NCBI GenBank assembly: GCA_013265495.1
Contig: MU061578.1
Span: 4,971,308 to 5,035,307 of the forward strand
Origin: Vicugna vicugna
Taxonomy: Eukaryota
Reading direction: 5' to 3'
DNA: 64,000 bases
A model generated the notes under the pieces. It was not told where the DNA came from. It searched no databases and saw only the letters and a program-made list of their open reading frames with translations. Made by a program: the position numbers and the translations under genes. Of the stretch, positions 11,801-26,185 are shown piece by piece (positions within the stretch are counted from its first letter, which is position 1; every line of letters begins with the position of its first letter).

Positions 11801-14800
11801 CCCAGGAGCTGAGATCCAGGATCAAGGGTAGGGGAATGCAAACTGAGGGCCAGGGTCTGAGAGAAGAGGAGGCTCTTTCCTGACACCTGTTTCTGGAGGA
11901 CAGTGAGAGGCGTGAAGCAGTAAGCTAGTGCGGGGAACCAGAGAGGGTGCTGGTGAGACGTGAGAGAAGGGCTGCCAGGTGGCTCTGAGGGCTGCAAGCA
12001 GGGCAGTCTGATTTTTTCCCCTTTGCAGTTGGTGTGCAAGAGTGGAGAAGCACGCTGTCAGACTGGCTTCTTGTGGGGGTTTTGCCTGATAGCTGATACA
12101 GGAGCACAGGAGAGATGGGAGCTGAGGCTTGGAGGGATGGATCCAGGCTGAGCAGACAAGTAAAGCCATGAAGGGCTGGTAGGTGAGGGGAGGTGGCATC
12201 ACAGCAGGTGGGAGGAGGGCAGTGAATGGCTCCAGGACAACTGTGAGACAGTGAGGTGTTTGTGTGTCCTCAGCGTAGAGCAGTTTCCTGGGATGATGGG
12301 GTGTAGATAAAGCATTAGAGATGTAAAGGCTTCTAAAGTTGGAGAGCTTTGAGCCTGGTCTGCCTACTTGACGCTGGAATGCCCTGCACAGAGGGCAGCT
12401 AAGAGAAGGAGGCCAAGAGCTGGAATAGGGGTGGGGGCCTGGGAGAGACCCTAGCAGGAGGGTGATGGGGAGAGCACATTGCTTTCTGTCCTGGAGGAAG
12501 GGTGCATTCAGGGAGCGAATGAGGGGCGGGGGGGTGTTCTTTGTCACAAACAAGTTCCAGAGCAAGAAAAGAGGTGGGAGTTGGGGGTGAAGTAAGGAAA
12601 AAGCAGGGCAGCAAAGTAAGGAAATGTGGGGGATTAGTGACTGTGGCCACCCCAGTCGGTGACACCAACACCACCAGCCATCCACAGAATTGGGAATCAT
12701 CCTACCGCTGAGGCCTCTGGTGCGGAGGTGAGCATCCTCAGCCCAGGGTTCCAGACAGTCTTGAAGCTGTGTCTCCCAGGCCTCCGGCAGATTCTTAGGG
12801 GTGGGGTTGAGTATTTCCCTGGCTTCTCCCCCAGGATGAATGGGAGGACTGAGCCTCTCATTAGGAAGTCAGACTTGACTTGGACTTGAGAGAAGGGTCC
12901 CAGCATAACAAGAGGCAGTTCATCCTCTGTCTCAGAATGCATCCCACTCCAGGCCTACTGTCATGTCCAGGCCCCACGCTGCCCCTTGTGGCTATCATAG
13001 GTGGATGGCCTCAGGGATATCTCCTAACCGCCCCCACTTCCTTCCACGTTCTCCCTCAGAGCACCTGCTACCATGCCTGACTCACCAGCCCAGATGCCTA
13101 GGCTGTCCCACTGGCCCTGCTCCTCTACCCAAATACCTTGCAAGCTGAGCCACACGCTTAGCCACCTGGATGAGCCCTCCCTGCCCACACACAGGTCATC
13201 TTTCCTTCCCTGTCCTGCTGCCATGTTTTCTGCCTGACTGGCTGCCCCATGTCCCCAGCACCCTGAGCATCTTAACAGGCAGCAACCGTGTCCTGTAATT
13301 TCTGTGTTTTTCTCACCTCCAGACCCCACAAACCTTGAGGGCTGGAGTGGGGCCACTAGGTGTTGAAGAATCTGTCATTCTTCTGCATCCTGTCTGGGGA
13401 CTGGTGGTCTCTGAGGCTGAGGAGCTACCTGAATAGCACATGCTCTGAATTTCACTCTGGGGAAACTTCCTGAGAGGATTGTGCATTTCTTGGTCTCGTG
13501 GAGATTCTCAAGCCTGGGACTGAGCACCTCACTGCTCCTCCTTCCTGCCCATTGGCCTGTTCTTGACCAGTCTGCAGGGCTGGAGCCTCCTTACTCTTCT
13601 TTGTTCCTGGTCTCACTCCCAGGAAACAGATGTGGAATTGCTCAGACTAGAGGGGAAGAACTGAAACACAACAGTGCAGCCACCCTGTCCTGTGGCATAG
13701 TGACTAAGGCCCAGCCAGGCTGAGCCCTGGGTCCTTGAACTGGAGCCAAGGGGTAGGGGAGAGTAGGCAGGCTGGACTGGGCAGGGGTCATGGGAGTGGG
13801 CAGGCATCATGGTGAGCACCAACCTCCCTCTGCACAGGGCTGCCTCTTGCTGCATGTTGCCCCACCAAAACCCCACCGCTGGACTGGAATTCTCTGTTCA
13901 TTGCTTGGGTCTGTGCCCCCCACCATCAGGTCACCTCATCTGGTGGAATCCACCCCATCTTCATCCTCTGTGGTCAGCCTCAGCCCAGCCCTCCTTCTGC
14001 CCCCACTTCTGGACTCTGCCCTCCTTCCTCCATGGCCACGAGGGGGATTTTTCTAAAATGCAGATCTAATCATGTCACTTTCTGCTTAGGCTCTTCTCCT
14101 CCTGCTCCCTCTTGTGTGGGGGTGATGTCCAGTCTCCTAGTGCAGGTGGCATGCAAGGCTGCTGGCCCCCTCTCATCCCACCATCAGCCACTCCGTGTCG
14201 TCTGCCTGAAGCTCCACAGTTTGCCATGCCTTCCCTTATGCTTTTGTCCCCACCCCCATCTTTATGTACTCAGGGTAGCATTGCCCCTTCTGTGGTGCTC
14301 ATGCAGAGTCAGAGCCCTGCCTTGGTAGTCACCAGCACCCTGCCTGGTCTGACTGTGTGTGCTGTCATCATTGGTCTTGAGAGCCATCTTTTACTCTCAT
14401 ATCCCTGGTGCCCTGCCCAGAAAAGGCAACTGAATAGAAGTTTGTCAGATGAATGGAAGTTTGGGGCAAGGGGAGCTGTAATGGAGTGCTGGGCCCTCTG
14501 GGAGAGGCAGCCTGTAAGGGAGACATGGCACCCATTGTTGTCAGGTGGTTAAGATGGAATCGCCCAGGCTTAAATGTGAAGGTCTGTTTGTCACATGAAA
14601 GCAAGTTTGTTTTCAAATCCAATTGTTTGGGAAAATCATGTTCCCCACATAAGACGTGAGGAAGGCAGAGGTCTCATGACTCGTTGGACCCAGGGTGGTG
14701 TTCTGAGACAGCAGCGTGGCATTGAGAAGCCAGCCAGTGAACTGGCTGAAGAGGGAAGGTGGGCGGGGCTGACCACCCTGTGTGGCCTGTGCTCCTGAGG

Positions 14801-16678
14801 TGGGAGCAGGATAGAGGACACTATGGCCTCTGTGATCACTCTGAAGGCTGACAGATCAGGGTTGGTTCTCCCTGTGCTGGGGACCCTCAGGTGCCTCTCT
14901 GTATCTCCTTTCCCTCATCTGTGAAGTGTAATGAATCCCTGTGCCACGAGACTGTCCTCAGGATTGGAGGAGATGGGAATGAGAGGCTAAATCACCTGGT
15001 GGTGGAATTTGTGTTCAGCAGTCCTTGAAGAAGGGTGCAGGAGGGGTCCTGCTTAACCAGTGGCGTGGTCCTGGCTGTCTTTTGCCCCACTGTCCATAGT
15101 GAGGTCTTATCCTTCCTCGCACATCCTCTTTCTCCTCCTGTCTGTTCCTGGTTGGAAATCCGCTCGTAGGGCTGCACACCTGATGGAGCAGAGCTGACAG
15201 GTTCGGGGGTGGGGCTGGGCTTTTTCCACCCCAGCTGGCCACCTCCCTCTTCCTGTGGGCACACTTTGGGGGTTCACCCAAATTTGGGGGGAGGGCAGAG
15301 TTGAGGTTTATTTGAGCTCCTATAGGGTTTTCTTGGTCAAAACATCATCTCACAGGAACTCCGCTCCTCAGAAAGGCTGCTTTTGCCCAGGGCCTGCGTG
15401 TCTGCAGGCCAGGAGCCGCTGAAGGGGCTGCTAACACTTCAGCCCTCTCTAGAGACTGATGTGAACTTGCTCTTGGCAGACCCAGGACCATGTATTCGGG
15501 CTGGAGGGTGCACTGGTCATCACCACAGGACGGGAAGCTGGAGGGAGCTGTCACTGGCACAGCAAGATAACATTTCAGGGAAGTAGATGTCACTCATTTC
15601 CACTTAGGTTTTTATTTTTCTTTCAAAGAAATACTTGCTTTCCATTAGGTAGCCTAAACTCTCAAAACTGGTATAGTGTGTGTGTGTGGGAAAGGAACAC
15701 GAGGGTCACTGGAAGGGGCTTACGGGGTCAGAAAGCAGCAGGACAGGCAGGAAGGGGAGGTAGGTCCCTCAAAGAGGCCATTTGAAGGGGTCATTCCAAA
15801 GGGAGCAGGGGACCTTCGTGGGGCTGTGTGAGAGAACCTAGGTGGCAGCCTCCTGTGGCTGTGCCTCCCCCTTACGGAGGGGGCATGCTCAGGCTCCTCC
15901 ACAGGACTGGTGGGGCATTAACTCACCAGACCCCATCACTCCACAGACATCCCAGAGCCAGTGCCAGGCCAGGGGACCCCAAGGAGCAGTAATGGTAAGA
16001 GGCTCTTGGGACATCTGAGCTGCTCTGGCGTGCCAGGCTGGACTGAGTGCTTTCTATAAACAGTCTCAGTTAATCCTCACAATTGGCTTTTAAGCACATC
16101 CGTTGGATCACATCCCTTCCCTGAGCCCCACTGCACTTAGAGTAAAATGCAGACTCCTCCCTATGCACGATCCAGCCCGTGGTTGTTTCCACTGTTCTTG
16201 CCTCGCACACTGTGGTCTGGCCACACTGGATGCCCTTCTCTTCCTGGAGCACACCAGCCCTGTTCCTACCTCAGGGCCTTTGCACTCATTCTTCTCTTTG
16301 TCCAGGGTGGCTTTTCCTCAGCTCTTCCATCTGCTTCCTTATCGCTTCAGCTCAAGTTGGGAGAGGTCCACCCTGATGATCCCAGCTAAAGTAGCCACCG
16401 CCCTCCAGACATGCAGTGTGGTGTCCCTATCTGATCACTGTCTGCAATTCTTTTGAGTTTAACGGGGTGTTAAGAGGAATTTTTCCTGTTTTCCCAGAAT
16501 TGCAGGTTAGGCCCAAAGCTGAGGACAAAAAACACAAAGTTCATTCCTACATTCCAAATTGAGGGAGCTGCAGGCGGGTGGGGCCAGCCTTCTCCCACAG
16601 GGCTGGTGGAGAGATGCCACTACAGAGAGCCAGCCCTGCCCCCACCCCCAATCTTCCACAGTGAACTTGAGACTAGGG

Positions 16679-16739
16679 GTGTGTGTGTGTGTTTGTGTAT
16701 GTGTGTGTGTGTGCGTGTGTGTGTGTGTATGTGTGTGTG
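16679..16739. repeat. (TG)n microsatellite, imperfect
   Basis: Direct observation. Confidence 0.95.
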
Positions 16740-18439
16740 GCCTTAAGGTGAGTGCAGTGTTTGTGGTTAGGATTCATTCCCTCCCTCCCCTCCTGAGGCC
16801 AAGGGAAAGTGGTTTTCCAGGGCACCTGCTGGTAGGGCTCTGCTGGCTGGGAAGAGCGGCCAGCCTGCTGGCTGTCTGCCCTGGTTTGCCAAGGAGGCAA
16901 AGGTACATGAGAAAGAGAGTGGGCTGCCACCCGTGCCCGAGTCAGAGTCCAGAGTAAGAACTCAACCCTCAGGTGTTGCTTGGGGATTCATGTCTGTTGG
17001 GTGGTTCGTATTCATCACTTCCTTTAAGAGACAGGCAGCTGCTGTTCAGGGGAGAGGCATGGCTTATCTGAGGTTTGGCCAGACAGATAGCAAAGCTGGA
17101 CTTTGAAGCTCAGCCTGTCTGACTTTAAATTCAATTATTGCCCACATTCACTCCTGCCTTGCTTCTCTACTCCCGACTGCCTGGTGCCGACCAGGAAGCA
17201 TGGCCTCCTTCCCAGGCCTGACACCTTTGTCAGGAGTTGGAGGCTGTGGGGAACAGGTGAAGCCTTGTTTCCACAAGGGAGCAGGAAGTGTAGACAGTGT
17301 TGTGTGACAGCCACAAGCTGCAGACGGAATAACTGGGGGAGGGTATCGCTTCAGTTCTGAAACTTACTTCTAGACCGTGTGGGTCCAACCCAGATGACTT
17401 TAGGTTTTGGTCTGTTTCCCACCTCCTGACTTCCCCTTCCCAGTAGCCAGCTTAAACAGTCTCACTGGGGTGTGAATATGTGTGCATGTAAATGCAAGAA
17501 AAGGTTTTGAAGGATGTGCACTAAAATGTGAATGATGATTGTTTTAGCTAGAAGAGGGAAGAGGATTGAGGGGTAGCTTAAACAGGACTTTACATTTTTA
17601 CTCTATAATTTTGTATTATTTGACTTTATCGTGATTATGTGTTCATATAAATAAGCAAATAAAAATCTACCCTGATCCCTGGTTTTATAGATGCCTGAGG
17701 AGGTCATCACGAGCCTTATTTGCTCTGCTCTGGAAGTACCATGCTATCTTTTCGGGTGGGAGCCTGCAGAGGTCTGGAGGGGCTTCTTCAGGGTCTTCTG
17801 CAAATGTCTTTGCCTTGGAGTCCCTCCGAATCCAGTGTGTTCCCAGGCCCGCTTGCTGCAGCAAATAAAACCATAGGCCTACTTCTCCCTGAAGGCCCTT
17901 TCTGAAGGAATTTGCAAGGTACACTAATCATTTTTGGAGTTTCCAGTTTAATATTCAACCTGAATCTGAAGCCAGTCGAGTGAGGGTTGGTGTTGTCCTG
18001 CCCAGCTCTTGTTCTGTTTATAAGCGTGTTTATTGCCCTGAAAAGGAGCAGGTTCTATTCCCACAAACAGGATAGGCCTGGGGTCCCCCCAGAGGCTAGT
18101 GGACTCAGAGCCTGGAATGAAGGATATAAACTCTATAGGTAACTTATCCATGGAAGATCATGGAGTGCTGGGCCTGGGAGTGGCCGTGGGGATGCGAGTG
18201 GGCCTGTTGGCCTAGCCTTCACAACCTGGGAGGGGGAGCCCCTCCTGCTGTCCAGCCCAGGACAGAGCAAACAAACCAACTGCCATTTGGGTTTCTTTTC
18301 TTCTGGGGAAGAGGGTTCCAGCACTGGCAGCAGGCCTGGTCCTGTTGTGGGCAAGGCTTTTCTACTGGGACATGTTAAATAGATGTCACAAAATCTTATT
18401 TTAATTAATGTTTCCTGCGGAAAGATCCCTGTAAAAACA

Positions 18440-19265
18440 GTGTCACTGGATATATGTCCAGGGACTTGAACAGATACTTGTGCAGGCGTGTTCACAGCAG
18501 CATTATTCACAACAACTAAAAGGTGGAAAGACCCAAAAGTCCATTGACAGATGAGTGGATAAATAAAATGTGTTCTATCCATACAATGGAATATTATTAA
18601 CCATAATGAGGAATGAAATTCTGGTGGTGAGGGGTGAGCAGGGATGAATAGGTGGAACACAGGATTTTTAGGGCAGCAGAAATACTTTGAATAATACTAT
18701 AATCAGGATACGTATAAGTTTACATTTGTCCAAACTCATAGAATGTGCAGGACCAGGAATGGACCCTCATTAATCTATAGATTTGGGTGATGTGTCAGTG
18801 TAATTTCATCAGTTGTAGCAAATGTACCATCTGGTGGGGAATGTTGATAATGGGGGGCTATGCCTGTGTGGGGCAGAGGGTGTGTGGGAAATCTCTACCA
18901 TCCTCTCAATTTTACTGTAAACCTAAAATACATTCTCATACATGCTATAAACATATGTGGACCTTGAGTACATTGTGATCAATGAAATAAGCCAGACAAG
19001 GAAGGACAAATACTATAAGATTCCACTAGTGTGAAGTACCTGGAGTGGTCCAGTTCTTCGAAGGTGGAGTGGTAGGTGCCAGGAGTGGGGGCGAGGGAAT
19101 GGAGAGTGAGTATCTAATGGGGACAGAATTCCCATTTGGGAAGATGAGAAAGTTTTAGAGATGGATGGTGGTGATGGTTGCACAACATTGTGAATGTACT
19201 TAATGCCACTGAACTGTTTAAAAACGGTTAATGTTTGTTATGCATATTTTAACACAATAAAAAAA
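18440..19265 (+). mobile_element. Old L1M 3'-end fragments (L1MB-like element interrupted at ~18620-18930 by a second L1MC/MD-like 3' end)
   Basis: Recognisable L1 3' text: gttcacagcagcattattcacaa...ccattgacagatgagtggataaataaaatgtg; gatggtggtgatggttgcacaacattgtgaatgtacttaatgccactgaactg; A-rich tail. Subfamily names from memory. Confidence 0.8.
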
Positions 19266-20344
19266 GCACCACATCAAGGTGCTTTCTCAAGACACCTGAC
19301 TCATAGAGGCCTTATATTACAGTTCTTTCCGCTTAATGTTTTTAAAGCATTACTTGCTTTTTATATTTTCAGATGAATGTTCTCGATGCAGGAGAAACCG
19401 GAATGATCTGGTCATTTACCAGAACTCACTGAAGCAAGCCTTTGTGATATCTCGACAGTTGTACCATCGCAGGCAGAAAGGTTAGTCTGAGGTACGCAGG
19501 CAAACTGTTGTCTTTTGTGCTGACAGCAGTAGCCTTTGGCAAAAACAGATGTTAAACTGTGGTGTTCTGAACGGTAGGCTTCTATCTCACTGTCCACATG
19601 CAGCCGGAGTCCCAGATAGCACATTTTACCCATTTTTTTAATGTCTACATGAATCTCATTTGTTGCCTATAATGGAGAGGCAGCACCAAATCCCCCATAC
19701 TTCTGGCTCATTTGGATGCATAAATGTCTGATTTTGAAGCTGTAATGCCTTCCATTTATTGTTCAGCCCTCATGTCTACTCACCACCAATGATTCTTCTC
19801 TGAAATACCTGCCTGAAACTAAGCTGGTATTTTTAGAACATTAAAAGCTGGCCTCCAAATTCCAACCCAGGGACGGCTGGCAGAGTAGGTGTGTGTCTTC
19901 CTCATGATGCAGGCCGGTTGAAGGCCTGAAGCCTTTGAGAACTGAAACGCAGCATCTCTTGGCTTAATGGAGTCTTCTTGACTAGTAGCTCCTTTTCAGA
20001 AGGCCCACAGGCCACAGGGTGAAGTGTGGGAGCCTTGTGGGCCACTCACCCCTGGGACAGAGAGTTGTTTTCAGCAGGGTAAGCCTCTCAAAGCCCTTTC
20101 AGAAACTCATCTCTAGCCTGCCTCTCACTACCCAGAATCTGTGTGACCTATTCAGTAGCTTCATAAGCCCCAAGGAAAGAAGTTATACTCCAGAGTTCAT
20201 AGTGAATTCTCAGAATATCCACTTACCTTAAATGGAAGCCTTTCTGATACTTTATAAAAAAGATTAAAACAAAAACCTGTTTTTTAAAAATGTGAACCTT
20301 CATATACATGTATTAAGCATGGCTTTTAATCCTATAGGATATAG

Positions 20345-21418
<1,074 letters not shown>

Positions 21419-22008
21419 TAGGCAGGTCCCTTGGGGCCACAGGTGTGGCCAGATTCAGGGCAGGGCACCAGGGCCTGGGTGGGGTGGGGCTTTGGCGGAA
21501 TGCATACTGGGGGCTTGAGGTGTGAGCTTGTCCGGCCAGCCAGCTGGCCAGCCATCCATGCGTAGGTAGAAAACCACAGGAAAGGAGAAAGACCTACCTG
21601 GCTATAGTCACAGGCTGCTGAAGGTACAGGGTGCTGTCCTTGGGCATGGGGCCTCTGGCTGGGATGGAAGCTGGATGCTGCCCATGGCACCAGAAGGCCC
21701 AGCAGTGAGCCAGGCTGACTCCTTGAGTCATTTTAGAGCACTTGCTCCACCACTCCAGCTCCAGGCTCTCTTGCTGGCTGTTCTCCTGGCTGCCAGGCAC
21801 GGCCCCCTGGGGAGCAGGCCTGGGAAGGGCCCATGTGTCCTGAGACCTTCTCAACGGTAGGCACTGTGACGGTGCTGTAGACGTGGAGGCCTTTCTCTTG
21901 GGCCAAAGGCAGGCATGTCCTGGGCATCAGTACTTGCCACTAACCTCTCCTTGTCTGTTTTATTTTTCTTCATCTTTTCCGTGTCCGTTGCTTCCTCCTG
22001 TTTTTCAG

Positions 22009-22026
22009 TGTTTCACTTTCTAAAAG
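22009..22026 (+). CDS. TBC1D24: TBC1D24 18-nt alternative microexon (SVSLSK)
   Basis: Long polypyrimidine tract, tttcag|TGTTTCACTTTCTAAAAG|gtaggt; frame-preserving. Confidence 0.9.
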
Positions 22027-22393
22027 GTAGGTCTGGAAACCATGTCTCCACACTTGGCTTATCTCTGTCTTCCAGCCTGGCTGTCCCAGGGCCTGGCTGT
22101 TTGCTCTGGCTCTCAGGGCTGGCTTCTGTCTTTCTGTCTGCCTGGCTGCCTGCCTGCTGGTGCTTGGCTGGCCTTGAAGCATTGTCTTGCTGGAGTTGAC
22201 TTGCTTTCTGTCCCCATTTCTGAGAAAAGGTGCTTTTGTCCCCACCGGGGCTGGGTGCTCTCCCCTCTTTGTAGCGGGATGGGAGCGGGGCTCTAGGGGA
22301 CAGCTCTACCCCGTGTCTCCCTGAGGGCATCTAGAACCAGGCTCTGACCTGGCTGAATAGGTGAGAAGTTTACTTTAGTCTTGACTCCCATGA

Positions 22394-22636
<243 letters not shown>

Positions 22637-23789
22637 TAACGCCCAGGAGGCCGGAGGAGTCTCGGCCTGCCCTCCCAAGGCCCTGAGGCCTGGGCTCCGA
22701 GGGCCAGATGGACAGTGTGGAAGGGGTCGAGTGAGGTGAGGGGCTGCCCATCTTCTCACCCTGCCCACGCTTCCGAGAGGTCACAGTGGTAGCTGGAAAT
22801 GGGCCTCTGAACGTGGGCATCCTCCCTCTTTGTGGGGGACGCTAGAATTAGGAGCCCCTTTTCTGGGCTTTTCTCACTCCTGGACCACACAAACCTCAGG
22901 GGTCCAGGCCCCCATGTAGGTAATGTGGTGATACAGGAGGCAGACTTTGCAGAGGGAGCTTTCAGAACTGTCAGAGAGGATAGCTGGAGGCAACAGGCCT
23001 TGGTCACTACTGCTCCACCCCGACTCCGTCAGTCTGTAGGCCAGGTCAGCCCTGTGGGTAGTGCCTGTGCCAGGCCCTGGCAACGTCCAGGGCATTCTGA
23101 CCGGGTTCCCTCAGGGCCCACTGTCTCTCAAGGTCACTCTACCAGGTAGGACCACCCCCTTAGAGCCTTAAATGGCAGGTGGCCTCAGAAGCTCTGGCTT
23201 GGGTCACAGGTGACCCTGCAGGGATGACACAGGTGGAGCTGGCCCAGCCCACATGGCAGGTACTGTCAATGACCCCACAAACATTATGGCGTAGCTACAG
23301 CTGTATTTACCTGACTCTCACCTCTGCAGTGTGGGAGGCCTGCTGAGGGATGGCCTAGCAGGGCCATCAGGGATGCCAGCCAAGTCCTGGGCACCTGGCA
23401 CCATCACAGTGGCAGCCTCAGGCCTCCTCACATGCTTCCTGATGCTGCCCAGCTCCCAAGGACGTTCTGAGCTTTCCTACAGCAGGGACCTGTTCCTCTG
23501 GTTCTTGCTTCCCTGAAGCACCTGGCGTTTGGCTCTGTCCACTGTGCAGCTTCTCCTCTGCATCATACCAGGCCGAGAGTCCTGGGGCCTCTGACCGCTT
23601 GGCCTGCAGGCCTCCTGGCCAGTGCTCCATCTTAGCTGAGAAAAGTGCCCAGGCCAAGGTGTTGCAGTTCTTGCCCACAGTGCCTGGCTCTGTGAGGAGG
23701 TGAGGAAAAGCAGTTCCCAGGTTGGTCCACCCCCAGACAGCCTGAGTTTCTCAGACACTGTGGGTGCTGGGGAAGGGGTGCCAGGGTGA

Positions 23790-23942
<153 letters not shown>

Positions 23943-24910
23943 TGAGGAATCTGCTGCTCTCATGCCCCAAGGAGGGTGGGTGTTCCCTTGTACCCCCAAC
24001 CCAGGCTTCCTGCGCTTTGGGGTGCAGAGCAGGGCTGGCCCTCTACAGAGAGGCGAATCCAGCCTCCCCATGTGACCACCGAGTACTCAGGGCCTCCCTG
24101 TTTCCCCTGGGGGTCCAGGCCACTACTGAAACAGCCTGGCAGTTTAGAGGAGCTTTGCAGAAATGCGTCGTGAGTGAGGCCCTGCCTCTTTCTGCAGCAG
24201 CAGTGCCAGGTGAGTCGTCTGCCTTTACCTGCCTCCACCCCCTTAACGAGTAGTGCTCAAGGCCTGGCTTTCTGCAGTAGCTGGCATCTGGAAAGTACCC
24301 TGAGATGCCTAGAAAAGTCAGAGCTCACGTGCCCCCATCCTAGGGGCTTCTGCTTGCATTAGAGGCTCCTTGTTCAATGGCTCCCAGACCTACACCTGTG
24401 GGAGTTATAGGTCCCTCACCTCATTCCAGACTCTGCATCCGGGTTGCCAGCAGGAGCCTGGGCATCTGCATTATAGCAGGTGACTGATTGTCAGATACTT
24501 TGTGCAAACGCTGTGCCACTCAAAGAAGTGACTCTCTAATCGAGCATTTTGTTGGCTGATGCTGGGGTTGGGAAATGTTTCCTGAGCAGGGGTACCTCCT
24601 GAAAGTTTCCATCTGAGTCACCTCCCTGGGGCTGATGCCACAACCCGAGTGTGGACATGGAGCTTACCCCCATGCCTTAAGGCCAAGGAGGGAAATGAAA
24701 ATATCCCCAGGAAGCTAATGGTGGCCGAGGCAGTCTTCCCACTCTCACTGCCAGCTCACACCTATAAACTCTGACTTTCCCATACTACTCTCCACCCCTA
24801 GCCCTCAAGTGGTGAGGGTGGGGCTGTGACAACAGTACCCCCCAGCTGTACCATGGTCCCCCAGCAGGCCCTAAGCAGGGTGCAGCCTCACCCTGAGCCT
24901 TTCTCCCCAG

Positions 24911-25006
24911 GTGTGTGGAGCTTACCTGTCAACAGACTGGAGTGAGAGGAATAAGTTTGGAGGCAAACTGGGCTTCTTTGGGACTGGAGAATGCTTCGTG
25001 TTTAGG
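24911..25006 (+). CDS. TBC1D24: TBC1D24 exon (TLDc)
   Basis: cccag| [32 protein letters not shown] |gtgagt. Confidence 0.96.
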
Positions 25007-25328
25007 GTGAGTGAGTCTCCCTGCGGGAGTTACTGGGTCGACAGGCCTGACCCCCAACCCCACGTCACCCCCACTCATGTGACCCTGTTTACTTTTGTCA
25101 TAGCAGTTACCGCACAGGTACCACCCTGTTCCCTTCTGGCTGGTGATCATTAGACCATGAGTGCCACGAGAGCAGGCAGGCCTTTACCCGTGCATGCGGC
25201 GCCGTCTCCTAGCCCCTGGCTCGGGGCCTCACACGGAGAGGGTGCTGATGATGGATTGTGGGGAAAAGTGGGCAGAAGGGGCTCTGCAGGGCCGGTGCCA
25301 GCTCCTTGTGCTGCCCCTTTGCCCTCAG

Positions 25329-25551
25329 CTGCAGCCCGAGGTCCAACGCTATGAGTGGGTGGTCATCAAACACCCGGAGCTGACCAGGCCCGTGTCCATG
25401 GAACCCACCACCACTCCTTCCTCACTCTGCCACTCCACGTCCTCAGACCCCGCTGACCGTCTCTCACCGTTCCTGGCTGCTCGGCACTTCAACCTACCCT
25501 CCAAGACTGAGTCCTTGTTCATGGCTGGGGGCAACGATTGCCTCATCATAG
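25329..25551 (+). CDS. TBC1D24: TBC1D24 penultimate exon
   Basis: ctcag| [17 protein letters not shown]...[14 protein letters not shown]|gtggg. Confidence 0.95.
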
Positions 25552-25825
25552 GTGGGTGCCTCCTTCCGCCTCCAGCTGGGCTCCTGCCAGCCCGGCTCCT
25601 GCCAGCCCTTGGTCACTCAGCCTGGGTGGAGGTTGCAGGGTCATGGGCAGCAAAAGCTGCTGGGCCAGCCCTTGCTGACATGAGTGGTAGGTGCCTCACC
25701 TGAGAGACAGGCAGAGCCCCTATGATGGCAGAGGAAGAAAGTGTTGGGGGGTGGGGCAGGCACGAGAGGCGGGAACAGGGACATGAGGGTGCAGGCTGGG
25801 GAAACGGGCTCATTAGCAGATCTAG

Positions 25826-26185
<360 letters not shown>

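Noticed and set aside
11822..12700. 292-aa minus-strand ORF in TBC1D24 intron 1
   Set aside because: No recognisable domain; low-complexity Pro/Leu/Ser composition; no supporting gene structure
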